A DNA stretch of 64,000 bases from Adineta vaga (GCA_021613535.1 CP075495.1:13516001-13580000); one strand, 5' to 3'. Positions 24,001 to 37,000 are shown, counted from the first letter of the stretch. Numbers and translations are program-made. The notes: generated by a model not told the origin, from the sequence alone.

Positions 24001-26526
24001 ATGTTATCTACATCAGCTCGTCAATATATATCACATCGATTGCTCAAATCAACAAGTCTTTTTTCTTCGAAATCTCATTCATTTAATGCATCGACATCTT
24101 CATCATTTACATGGCAAGATTCAACTGATGCAGATCAAAAACAATATTTAGCGGAAGATGTTTTTCGAGCAGGTATGAAACATCATCATATCTGCAATAC
24201 AGCATTTCCTATTGCTCATAATACAACTATACGACCATATCGAGTCAAACGACTTCGAGAGCAACATGATATTCAAGCAACTTATTATGGTGCATACGGA
24301 TCCTTACCCGAAATGATGTTATATGCTCATGTGCCATTTTGTCAAACACGTTGTCAATTTTGTGAATATACAGTTGTAAATCCCAAACAAGGTAAAAATA
24401 TTGATATTCAAACGAATTATTTTGCTGCACTCTATACTGAACTTGATATGTATGCAAATTTATTGAAAACTAAAGAAAAGAAATTAATTGGATTTGATAT
24501 TGGTGGTGGAACACCATCAATGGCGAAAACTGAACATATTGAACAATTAATGAAACGTGTTGAATCACAATTTCAAACCGACTGGAGTACAACTGAAGTA
24601 TCGATTGAAACAACACCAAGAATAGCTGCAGCGGAACCGGAAAAAATCAAAGCCTATTATGACATGGGTATTCGTCGTATTTCAATGGGCTTACAAACAA
24701 CAGATTTTCGTCAAGCAAAAGAAATGAATCGTGAGGATGCAAATGCATCACTTGATTATATTGCTAAAGCCGTTAGTAATATACGTAATGCTGGCTTCAA
24801 AAGTTTTAATATTGATTTAATGTATGGTTTTCCATTACGTGCAACACGTACAGATGATCCATGGTTAAAAACTGTTCAGGATACAATTGATCTTCAACCT
24901 GAACATATAACTTTATATCGTATGAGATATAAAGGTACTTCAATGGCTCATTTAGCTGATCGAGTTAAACTTGATCAAATTAATCGTCAAGAAGGTCAAG
25001 CTCGACAATTATTAAATCAATCAGGTTATATTGGTCTAACAGGAAAAAATACATTCTCTCGTGTTCAAAATAATTCTGGATGTTCAGATTATTTGGATAA
25101 ACGAGTACGAAAAGCTGTACCCTATATTGGTATTGGTCTTGGTGCACAATCATTTAGTCATTATACTCTGTCATACAATTTAGGTGCTGTGACGAAAAAA
25201 TTACAACAATATATTCGTAGTGTTGAATTAAATCGTATTCCAGTACAAGATTTGTATCATTTATCACGTGAAGCAGCAATTGCTAAAATGGCATCAGTTA
25301 GTTTTTATTATGGTGGTATTGATTTAATCGCTTTTGAAGATTGTTTTCATATTCCTTTACAAGAATTATTTCCAAATGAATTAAAATTTGTTGTTGATCA
25401 TGGTTTAATGACGCATGATACAAAAGAACAACGATTACAAATGACAAGTTTAGGTAAACAATGTTTTGGTGGTGTTGTCGCATTGTTTTATTCACCAGCA
25501 GTGAAAAATCATATTTTAAATCTTCAAGGTGGTGAACAATTTCTTGTCGATCCAGTTAAAGCATTAAAAGAAGGACAAAGTCCATATCAACCGATTCCCG
25601 ATACAACAAAACCAGTTCGTCGTCAAACAATTCCAGTTACTTCATCCATTCAAACACCATCATCATCATCATCATCAGTTCCATTAACAACATCACTTCT
25701 TTCTTCACAACAGATTCAACAACCAAACAATCAAATTCGTCGTTCATTTTCATCATTAGCTCGTATTGATGCATCAAAACCATTTGAGTTTGGTAATATT
25801 CTTTTTTCAGGACCATGCAATCAAAAATGTCCATTTTGTATAGGTCATCAATTGTTAAATACACCAAATAATTTACGTAAACAAACACTTGATAATCTTG
25901 ATCAATTCATTTCGTTAATGAAACAATCGAAAACATCAAAAATTATCTTCACTGGTACACGTACTGATCCTCAACTTTATAAATATGAAGAACAATTATT
26001 GAATCAATTACGTGAAAAGCTTCCTAATGTTCATATATCATTACATACAAATGGTCTATTAGCAATACCAAAAATTAAAACATTTCGTATGTATGATTCA
26101 TGTACAATGTCAATCAATTCATTTCAACCGGAAACTTATCGTAAATTACATGGTGTTAAACAAATGCCTAATATTAAGACAATTCTTCAACAAGCATCGA
26201 ATGTTCCAATTAAACTCTCTTGTGTATTAACAGAAGATAATGTTAATCAAGTTGATGATTATCTACGTATTGCACAAGAATTAGGCATCGAAAGAATTGC
26301 ATTACGACATGTTTATGGTGATAAACGTCGATGGCCTATTCCAGCGTTTCAAAATAAACAACCAATTAAATATCATCAAAGTAATCCTGTATATGATTTC
26401 AATGGTCTCCAAGTCACATATTGGATTTTTGACAATACTTCTGGTCGTTCTTTGAATTTATTTTCTGATGGAACATTAAGCGATGAATATCTACTTACAA
26501 AAGCTCCTAATCAATCAACAATTTAA
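24001..26526 (+). CDS. Intronless fusion of a HemN-like radical SAM domain and a second, different radical SAM domain, with mitochondrial presequence
   Basis: LYAHVPFCQTRCQFC (24340-24363), GGGTPS, RISMGLQT, NIDLMYGFP (HemN-like); second CxxxCxxC GPCNQKCPFC (25816-25839) with FTGTRTDP, SLHTNG, SINSF; Ser/Arg/Leu-rich, acid-free N-terminus. Confidence 0.9.
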   Translation: MLSTSARQYISHRLLKSTSLFSSKSHSFNASTSSSFTWQDSTDADQKQYLAEDVFRAGMKHHHICNTAFPIAHNTTIRPYRVKRLREQHDIQATYYGAYGSLPEMMLYAHVPFCQTRCQFCEYTVVNPKQGKNIDIQTNYFAALYTELDMYANLLKTKEKKLIGFDIGGGTPSMAKTEHIEQLMKRVESQFQTDWSTTEVSIETTPRIAAAEPEKIKAYYDMGIRRISMGLQTTDFRQAKEMNREDANASLDYIAKAVSNIRNAGFKSFNIDLMYGFPLRATRTDDPWLKTVQDTIDLQPEHITLYRMRYKGTSMAHLADRVKLDQINRQEGQARQLLNQSGYIGLTGKNTFSRVQNNSGCSDYLDKRVRKAVPYIGIGLGAQSFSHYTLSYNLGAVTKKLQQYIRSVELNRIPVQDLYHLSREAAIAKMASVSFYYGGIDLIAFEDCFHIPLQELFPNELKFVVDHGLMTHDTKEQRLQMTSLGKQCFGGVVALFYSPAVKNHILNLQGGEQFLVDPVKALKEGQSPYQPIPDTTKPVRRQTIPVTSSIQTPSSSSSSVPLTTSLLSSQQIQQPNNQIRRSFSSLARIDASKPFEFGNILFSGPCNQKCPFCIGHQLLNTPNNLRKQTLDNLDQFISLMKQSKTSKIIFTGTRTDPQLYKYEEQLLNQLREKLPNVHISLHTNGLLAIPKIKTFRMYDSCTMSINSFQPETYRKLHGVKQMPNIKTILQQASNVPIKLSCVLTEDNVNQVDDYLRIAQELGIERIALRHVYGDKRRWPIPAFQNKQPIKYHQSNPVYDFNGLQVTYWIFDNTSGRSLNLFSDGTLSDEYLLTKAPNQSTI

Positions 26527-26762
26527 CGCATACAAAAAAACGCCGAACTTTTGCAGTTTGCTTCTCTTATATATATATATATATTCACTTATACTTTTCT
26601 GTTAAACATTTGTTACATAAATAAAATGAAAACAAATGTACTTAAAATTCTTTGTATCCATACGACCTTTTGAACGAACGATCGAACTATAATGATTGGT
26701 CGTGTATGACTATATATATATGTGTACTTGTTGTCTTTTCGAAGCATATTAGTTGTTCGAAA

Positions 26763-27974
26763 ATGTTGTTTCTATACGTTCTTCTTTTAACTATTAATTT
26801 TATCTTCGTTACTGGTGAAATTAAGCATCAACCAACACTTGAATTGGTCGCAGTATTTGATCATCAAGTAACCGGTGTTAGTGTTCATCCCAGTTCCGGT
26901 CGAATATTTGTTAATTTTCCACGATGGACAGAAGATTCATCTGTTTCAGTCGCTGAAGTTTTTCCACGGGATATCATTAAATCATTTCCATCAAATTCAA
27001 ATTGGAATTCATGGCGAAATACTCATAAAAATGAATCAGATGCATCCAAACATTTTATTTGTGTTCAAAGTGTCGTAGTATTTCAAGATAGCCTTTATGT
27101 ACTTGATCCAGCTGCTCCAGCTTCTGGTCCAATTATTAAAGGCGGAGTGAAACTTGTTGAAATTGATTTAATAACAAATCAAACAAAACGAACGATTTTC
27201 TTCGATGAAACTATTGCACCACAAGGATCCTATTTGAATGATATCCGTTTTTCACCGGATGGCAAATATGCTTATATAACTGATTCAGGTGTAACAGGTG
27301 CTATTGTGATAGTTGATTTGAAGAAAGAAAATGCACGACGAGTTCTTCATGGACATCCATCAACTCAAGTTGATAAAACGGTGTAAGTTGATTTGTTTCT
27401 ATTTTTCAATGATATATTTTTCTGTATGTGATTTGATAGATCCGTGAAATACAATGGCAAACCACTTCGTCGAAGTGATGGCCGTGGTGTTGAATTTTCT
27501 GCTGATGGTATTGCACTTTCTATCGATGGTTCTATTCTTTACTGGCAAGCTATACGAGGCAAAACTCTCTATTCAATTCCAACATCTTATCTTCAATCAT
27601 TAAATTCGAACGAAGAACTTTCTTCTCATATTACCGTTATTGGTGAAAATGGTCCAGCTGATGGTTTATGGATAAGTCGAAAACAATCGAATCTTCTTTA
27701 TGTCAGTTCAATACAGGATGATTCGATTAAACAAAGAGATCTACTAACAAATACATACGAAACTGTATTAACTGATAAGCGTCTTCGTTGGCCTGATACA
27801 TTTTCCGAAGATGAACAAGGTTATATCTATGTTACTACTTCACATATTCAAGATTCAGCAATGTTTAATGAGAAAGCATCGAAACAATTACGAACAGAAT
27901 TATGGAAATTCAATCCCAATGTAACTACTCATGTGGAAAATGTACCACTACGACAAGAAAAAGAAATTTTATAA
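26763..27974 (+). CDS. Secreted bacterial-type major royal jelly protein/Yellow-family beta-propeller
   Basis: Signal peptide MLFLYVLLLTINFIFVTG; QVTGVSV..GRIFVNFPRW, CVQSVV, LYVLDPAAP, SYLNDIRF, AYITDSG, ADGIALS, RLRWPDTF; one 57-nt intron 27383-27439 joins the two ORFs in frame. Confidence 0.85.
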
Positions 27975-28296
27975 AGAACATATCGATATTGATAACATGC
28001 ATAATCAAGCATATGCTTTTTATTATAAACTTTTCATTTTCATAGTAAATTTATTTAAAAAAAAACATCGATCTGATATTCTACAAAGACTGAATTGAAA
28101 TATTGCTGGAACATAGTTAATCAGTTTTTTATTCTAAATAAGTAATTCAAACGAGGAGAAGAAGAAGAAAAACTTTTTAGTCATTCTATTATACAAACAT
28201 ATTAGGAAGAACAGAAAAATATGAAAGATACAGACACATGAAGAATGATTACGATCGTTCTCTTGAGAAGTATAAAATCAAAGATGAACATGTAAT

Positions 28297-30577
28297 CTAA
28301 TTTCGATAGTAATGCATCATCGGATGTGTCTGCCAAGTCCATTTTGCTTTTTGAGCCAATATATCATTACGAAGATTTTGTGCAAAGCAAATGCTAAGAA
28401 TCTAAAAGAAATTCAATTCGTTTCTATGATTAGGATTTATTCGTTAATTACTTGTAATACAGCAAGAATAGCAATAACGATTGCCACAGTTATAATATGT
28501 TTTTCAAACCATTGTGAAGCTTTCGGTAAACATCCATCTGTAAAAATCATATGTGTTCCCTATGAATTAAATTTTATAAATCAATTTTTCTTTATTCGCA
28601 AAAAAAATAACTCACTGCTGTTGGTTCCAATGTTCCGTATCCACATTGTTTGTTATTCTAACATAAATTTAAGAAGAAAAAAAACTCTTTTGCTTTATCT
28701 TGTTAGAAAGTTTGTCTTACATGAAAATATTCTGTTCGACAACAACTCGCAGGTACTCCACAAGCTTCAATACTTCCTACGAGTTTTGATGTACAATTGA
28801 AATAAATATTACTTTCCCAATTTCGAAAACTATTTACACCACAACAATGTAACCACTGACGTTGTATCCAGTCGATCATATTTTGTAAATCAGGATCGTC
28901 ACGATAACTTTGAATCATAATCATTAATTGCTTTTCACCTTCATTTTTAACTTTTTCTCGATAGATAAATACCAATGTTCCAAAGGCAAGTTGAGCAAAA
29001 AAGATAATTGCTAAAGCGAAACTGAACTAAAAAAAAAGAAGAAGAGAAATTCTATTATTATTTTGATCTTTTTCTTTCATAACATACAAAAAGTAATAGA
29101 CAAGTATTTTCTCTTAATGATCCAACACAACCTGCAAAGCCAATGAAGAAAGTTAGAATTCCAACAAGAACGAAAAGTAATGCTGGATCAAAAAATAATG
29201 TTCCACCCATTGTTAAACGACCGAAATTAGTAAATGTATCTTTTTCAATCCAAGCATATATACCAATTGCAGCAATCATAAAGCCAAGTATCTTTCAAAA
29301 CAGAAAACAAAGTTCTATGTTTCAAAAAAAAGAAGATATCGCTTTCATTTACCCAAAAGAGAATATTAAAACTGAACATTAAATATCTAAGAAAAAAGAT
29401 GAAGAGAGTGAAGAACATATGGATGATTATTGTTATGTCTTACTTAATACATGGACTTATTTCTGATTTATCTCGTCGTGTTCTTCGTACGACTCGATGA
29501 AATTGAGGTGCCATAGGAAATAATGTATCTGAATCGTAACTTGTTGCTATACTTGTTAGTCGTCTTGATGATTGAGTACGACCTGTTGGTTGACGTCGTT
29601 GAGTCTCATCTATAAGGATATTGAACTAATTCGAGCAGAAAATGTTTATAGTCATCTTCTTCTTCCAATGACAATAGTTTATTAGAATTCTGTTGTGTCA
29701 TATACTTAAGTCAATAGATGTCATGAGAGAATCTCGACTGAACACTAGATGTAATCTTGAAAATGATTTCTTTACGATAGGAATAAGAATGCCTGGAAAT
29801 AGCAATTCATATCTAGAAAAAGTATCATTCCATTGTTTGTATCGAAAAGTATCAGATCATTTCCTTTCCTTTCTATTCAAATGTCGACTATAGAGTAGTA
29901 TCATCCAAGCAAAATATTTCTTTCAAACGAAGACCATATGAAAGCGAATGACATGCATGAAAAAATGATCTCGATTATCCGCATTCAATAGTTCACTAGA
30001 TTATATTGATTTTTATAGAAGTCATCGTAAGACCGTAGGCACTTCGTATTACATACTTTTGTGAATAGAAACATACCAGGTAATTCTCATTAAGTGTAAA
30101 TAAAAAACTGAATGACATATTTATCTATTATTCATCAATTATTGTGCGTGCTTTTTTCGATAACTGACGTAGTTATGTATACATGTAAATCAGTTTGAAA
30201 TACTATCAAATTTTTCAGAGACAAAAATAGAATTTCAGTCAGAAGAAAAACAATCTACGACGTCATTTAAATAGAAATACAATCGAAAAAAAGACATTTT
30301 TTTTACAATTATTAATGCATGTTGTAGGTGTCTGAAAAATCACAATGTTTATTTGGCATGATTTCTTTTTCTCTTAACGACTGAAAAATAAAGTTTTTAA
30401 AGCCAAACATTAGATTGCTCATAAATATATTTCGAACATCGACTGATTCTTATCGTTGTATTTCGATTTGTTCGATTAAAAAGAAGTAAGTAGAAATAAC
30501 TTACGGCCATTAACAGGTCGTCGAAGTACTATTGAATTAGTATTCATATCAGATGTTGTCACTGGTTGTGTTGGCAT
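28297..30577 (-). CDS. Tetraspanin, TspanC8 subfamily (Tspan5/14/17/33-like)
   Basis: EISPCIK, FAGCVGSLRENTCLL, YRDDPDLQNMIDWIQ, CCG, W..NIYFNC, CGVPASCC, QCGYG, IFTDGC; first exon MPTQPVTT..VNG splices in phase to HETQRR; stop 28297-28299. Confidence 0.92.
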
Positions 30578-31495
30578 TCTATTTCTTTCGTTATGTTGAG
30601 AAATTTTCTTAATACATTGTATCTTTTTCTTTTTAATCTCTTTTATTGAACGAAATTCTCAATCAGATCATCTCAAGAATATGCTATTGACACACGTGTG
30701 CGTATTTTATGTAAACTATTGTTCGTTCGTATATACACGTACAACAATGACTTCCGATGTTTTATTTTGTCTTGTTCATTCCGTTGAAGGTCTATCAACC
30801 TTTCAATATTTATGACATTTTCTTTTGCCTCGTTGTTTTTTTTTGTTTGATTATATTCAAATTATTCGAAGATCGTTTACATTAGTAGAAAATCAATAGA
30901 AAAAGATGGAAATCAATGATATTAGTAACAGAATCAATAAGTTTCTTTTTGTATCATGTCAGATTATTTAAAATCTAAAACGACAATCTGTCAAATATTT
31001 CATTAGTTTTGAATGACATGTAAGAAACAAAATATAATAATAATCATTGCATCGCATCTTGAGAAGATTTCAAACTAGGTAGTAAGGCATCTTTTTCTTT
31101 TGAAAATATAGTATAATTGTCAATAAATATACGTCTTTTTTCCCCTCCTAACGACAGATATACGCAAGGAAAGAAATCATACTATTTTAAGTAAACAGAA
31201 ATGGATTGGTTTTGATCGTCTGTAAAAAAATATATATATATACATGCGTAGGAGATAAGATGACGTCGTAAAGAGAAAAAGAAATTGATTGTTCGATAGA
31301 CTGAGAAGTAGTATTTAATAAAGAAACCTTAAGTGATGAATTCTATACATTTTACTTACAATTATTACAATAACTTTTTCTATTTGAATTACTTTTGACA
31401 GACATTTGAGGAAAGAAAGAAGAATATGAAAGCTACCTTTTAAATGAATGAATTTCCATTACTTTCAGATCATCTTCTATTGAGTTCAATTCAAA

Positions 31496-31912
31496 ATGAA
31501 AACTTTTACAGTAGCATTTACATTTATCTTCACATTATTCTTAGTATCTGTTACCGATGCTTATGTAGTCAAACGAGTATGAAATTGTTATTGAATAATT
31601 TACAAAAGAAAAAAAGAAATATTTATTATACAATATTTTAGAGTTCAAATGGATTATTTTCAAATCAATTGTATGAATATTTACTTACAATTAAACAAGA
31701 ACGATTGATTACTCAACGACGAAAAGAATTGGAAGAACAACTTGTGAAATATGTGAACGAAAAGTCTTCTAATGATCTTGATGATGCTGATTATGAAAGA
31801 TCACGTAAGAATGATTTTTTGTTTTCGAGAGAAAAACAAACAATTTTCGAATATCTTTATTTTAGCAATTCGTCGGAAAGTGGTTGGTTTAGGTGATAAT
31901 CCATTTAAATGA
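31496..31912 (+). CDS. Small secreted neuropeptide/hormone precursor-like protein (~96 aa, 3 coding exons; absent from the ORF track)
   Basis: Exons 31496-31576, 31642-31804 and 31866-31912 join in phase: MKTFTVAFTFIFTLFLVSVTDA-YVV-KR-SSNGLFSNQLYEYLLTIKQERLITQ-RRK-ELEEQLVKYVNEKSSNDLDDADYERSPI-RRK-VVGLGDNPFK. Confidence 0.72.
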
Positions 31913-34052
31913 TGAATTTCACTTTTCTTTTCGAAACAGACGTTTTCTACGCATACCAAGTCATCATCTAAATAGATTGTTTATCTTTAAGAGAATTTCC
32001 TTTTCTCCTATTTTAACCTTTGAATATCTTATGTGTTGTATTCCTTTGGTTTTTCTATAAAAAAAAAACTCAATCGTCATACGAACTAATAAAATCCTTG
32101 TGATTCTTTCATATCCATTCCAATGCTATTTGAATTTCATAACTAAGCCAAATTACGTCGTATGTCTGTATTCATTAGAGTAATTGATTGTTCATTTTTC
32201 AAGGAATTTCTCAAGAGAATAGGAAATAGAGTAAATTTAATGATTAGAACAAAAACACGTTTTTTGGGAACACACGCATAACTTTATTTTTAAACTGCCA
32301 ACCATTTTTGTATTCTGTAAATATTCATCGAAAGGATACGATTGTTTATTTATTAACTAGATCTATAATATCTTCTATTGTTAATCGAATATTCGCCAGA
32401 TGGTAGAATATATACTATGAAAATATCTTATTTATATCGATCTATAATGACAAAATAAACTGAAGTAGATACCCATTAAAGAATTGATTTATAAAGAGAA
32501 AACAAACATTCTTTTGATTATTTTTCAAACTATTATTATGTATTTAATGCCTGACGAATATAGACGACCAGTTCAATAGATTTTCAAGAGAAGAAAATAT
32601 CTTTTCCAAAGATTGTGCTGAGAACAGATGTTTTGAATGATTCCCATCAATTTACGTAATGATTATGTTCTAGACGACAAAATTAACGTATTTTCTTTTT
32701 GTTAGATTTTAAAATCATCGTTAATATTCTAGTCGTAGATTCTATAACTGACATTTAAACATATTTACAATCATAGAAAATATTGATTTATTATTAATAA
32801 TTCAATCGAAATAACACAACATGTTTTTCGATGATTCATAAGAGATAGAACATAGAGAAGAGAAAAAACATTTTTTATTACTTGACACTCGAGGTCATGT
32901 TATCGAAATAGAACTAGAAAGAAAAAACAGATTTAAATATCAAATGTATTGATGTATATATATATATAGGTATTGTCTATTCATTTGTTTGATACTCTTG
33001 TAAATATCCATGCACAAACAAAAAATGTAAAACGATGTGAAATTCACTGCTGTTGAAAAAGAGAAGACTAGGAGGAATTAAAAGAAAGAAGAAATGAGAC
33101 AGAGATTCTAATATACAGGATTGTATGAGAAATAGAATGATAGGAGAAAAAGAAGAAAAAAAACACATCAAGATTACACCGGTGTCTCACGTATCCATCG
33201 AATATATGTTTGCTTAATATCTGCGTGAAATCTATGTTGGACAAGCACTGTTCGTTGGACATTATCATTATTATTTGTTTCTTTTAAACTTTCTTTTCCA
33301 TCTTTAAAATCATCATATTGTGATTTTGAATGATGCTGTGATGTTGATATATCTGATGAATTGAATCCAATTGGATGATTATCCGATGTCATGCTTTGAC
33401 ATGATTTTATACTGTCATTTTTACCTGTAAAAAAGATTACGAAGATTAAATCATTTATAAAGATTACTGAAAGTATGAATGTTAACAACAACAAAAAAAC
33501 ACTAAAGAAGACTAAAGCAATAAAGAATACTAAAGGACAAGGGATAACATCATGCTTTATGAAAACAAACAGGAATGATTAGAATAGTAAAATTTGTATT
33601 TACCCCTTGCAATAGATTTTTAGATCTAGCATATACTATCATGGCATATTCTCTAGAAAAACAGAAAGATTATGAAGATGGTTGCATCTCACCACCATAG
33701 TGTAAACAAGTATAGAAATGTGCGAAAGAAGAAAATCAATTATTCAAGCAAGTATCAAGAAAAAACATACTGTAATATGATATATTGTTATCTTATTTAT
33801 AAATAGATAGATCTATATATATATGTATCTTTAATATGAAGTTACAAACAGAAAAACACATAAGCACCGAACAAATAGCATTAATCAAAATCAGCCGTCA
33901 CTGTTAAGAGAAAGGATGCAACGAGCAATTTTGAGAAAGAAAAAAAAAGAAATTGAAATTGTAGTTTTGACTAAATCATTGTGCAATTATCTTTGCATTT
34001 TGTTTTTTTTACTTACACATCACATAGATACGCAGAGGATTGAAGATTTCAA

Positions 34053-37000
34053 TTAAAGTATAATACAATGAAGAAAACGATAGACACGTGAAGGTGACGA
34101 TAGCGATGGTTGAGGTGGTGGTGGTGGTACTGGTGGTACTGGTATTGAAAATTTTGATGTTGATTCGATAAGAGGAGAATCTGTTGGTGATTGTTCAGGT
34201 GTGCTAATCAATGTTGTCGAACGACTCCGTGATATAACAGGATTGTATCGATCGGGATGATTAACATAAGCAATCGAACTATAGGATCGACGTAATGGAA
34301 CAGCCAAATCCGTTTTAAAATCCGTTTGAATATCATTCAATTGGAAACTAGTTGCATTTAAATTTTCATCATAATCTGATAACGATAATTGTTCTTCCAT
34401 CGGTGAGACTTCTGTTCGATCATCTGAATACCATGATCCAGTTCGATGAGCTAGGGTTGTCATATATGTTATAGCTCGTACTTTTGTCCACAGTTTACTA
34501 CTATTATTCATACTAGTTGGTGATTTTGAAGGTTGTTGTTGAAGTTTTTCGAACCAGGATTCTGGTAATACAGTAGGTTGAATAAATAACGCATAATCAT
34601 GAACATTAAAGTGATTCATATCATCCGATGGTAATTGCATTTCATTTAAAATCAAATCTGTTTTTTTATCTCTCATAACAGTGACAAGCGATTTTGTTTG
34701 GTTAATAGGGTAATCAGTAAGATTAGTTGATAAAATTTGATTTTCAGTATTAGTAGAAAAAGGTAAAGAAGAAGGGAAAACACTGTTGGGTAAAGATGAT
34801 GGGGATGTAGACGAACCTTGCACCAAATTAACTGTCAATGCCAAATAAACTGGCTAAAAAATCAGATAGTAGCACATTAAATAAAAATCAAATAAAAATG
34901 TCTTCAAATAATTAACCTTATGATCGCCCATGCATACATCTTTTCCAATTATATCGTATGTTGTTTGACTTGTCTAAACAATAGATTGAAAAAAAAATGA
35001 CGTTTGTTTTTGTGTTTGTCACTTCAAATTAACAATTTACTTCAGTAGTAACAAATTTTTTGAATGTATGATTGAGTAAAATACGATCACACCATGCTGG
35101 ACAACGAGCACGTAGATAAGATTGAGGCTCATCTTGTTCTTCACTATATGGATAACTATGTACGAAAGAAAACGAAGAAATCAATGAGAATCTATACTTG
35201 ACAAACAAACCTTGGCGAAAATTTCTTTTCAAATTCAAATAAATCATTTGTAAATGATAAAAATTCAAAATCATACATTTGAAACTAAAATATCAAATAT
35301 GTCAAAACATTAAATTCAAAAATCCTTCTTTTTTTTCTTCCTACCTCTTGAATATCATTACTAAAAAATGTATCATGTTCTTCATGAAAATTAAATTCCT
35401 TCTTTTCAATCGTTAATTTCGTTTTATTGGCCGAATTTTCGATGCTAATTTTGCAGATTTCATCACTATTATCTTGTTTGATTTTATCAATAGAACCATT
35501 TCGTTTTTCCAGTATGTTCTATTCAATAATTCAATAGCTATATTTATTTTATTATAAATCAATCAATTTACTTGAACTAAACGATTTGCATCAAGTCGAA
35601 AATTGAAATCACCAAATATTACATATGGTACAGGTGTATCCGAAGAATTCAATGGTAAACTAAATTGAATAAATTTCATTGGTAAGAAGAAGAAGAAACA
35701 GTAACATCTTTTTACCGTTGAAGAGTAAATTGAAGAGCATTCTTTCGACATGTACTGTAAACTGATGGACTTTGTTCAACTGCTAGAATATTCGATGCGT
35801 CATGGAAAAGATGAACATTGACCATATCGAAGATACTAATTGAGAAAAGATGAAAATGTGCTTTTGTAAAGAGAAATCTTCTTACAAATTATCGATTGAC
35901 CAACGTGTTTGAGTGAAACCTTTTCGAGACCATTTCGCCTAATGTAAATAATTATATTATAAAAAATTTATAAAAGATTTCGAAAAATTTTACTTCAGGA
36001 AAAAATTCACGAGGAAATTTTTCTTTTCGAAATGTTTGAGCATTGATCAGGTTACCAGTGGAAATCTGACGATCGGAAACAAGTTGAAAGGACGAAGCTA
36101 TTTTTAAATCAAGATCAATTATCATAAGAGTAGATTGATGTTATTTACTTGTAAAATTCCATTGTTCAATTGAAATATTTTTACGAATGAAATACGCTGA
36201 ACCAAGAGCCTTTAATAGAAATGATTTACAATTGATTGAATTTCAATTAGTTTCATCTATTTACTGTAAATGTATCCTGAGAAGTATAATCCGAATCAAA
36301 ATATAGACGATAACGTTTAAAATTCGTGACAATTTCTGGGATTTGTAAAATATTTCTAAAATAAATTGTTCATATAGAAAAACGGAAAAGATTGTTTTTT
36401 TTTCAAAAAATTTACTTAATAAATGTATCAAGAATGTGCATATATCTTTCATAATCTTTTCCGCCAACTTCTTGACAATGTAATGCAATAAAATCGGATG
36501 GATGTCGACATAAAAGCTAGAATAGAATGAAATTAAATGCGCGCAAAAATGTCTTATCTATTTCAAAACTTTGTTTTCTATTGTCGCTTTTTTCCTACAT
36601 ATAATGACATTAATTCCTCAATGGTTTAAACAATTATTCATTCATCATGCATCATCGGAGCGCTGTACGATTGTTGAGAAACCTTCGACAATGTCCGATG
36701 TTGATGCAATGTTTTGCGAAGAAAAACAAAAGGATAATCGAACATGTCGAAATGAAAATCTTCTCGATGTTAAAACCACACGAAACGATACAATTGTTAT
36801 CGATAAATTTCAAGCATGTTTTATTGATTGTAAATGTCAATGTGAAGTAAAAATGAATTGAATATTTTTAAAACATAGGACATGTGTTTTGTCTTTCTAA
36901 GGCAAGAAAAAGAATTCCTCAAATCAAATCCACTAAATGTAATGATTTTAAAAGTCAATTATTTGACGAACTTTTTCAACAAATTCATGGTTCATCATAT

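Noticed and set aside
25780-26526. Second radical SAM domain as a viperin
   Set aside because: Lacks the viperin NYHFTRQCNYKCGFCFH and GGEP signatures (has NILFSGPCNQKCPFCIG and GTRTDP); function left unassigned.
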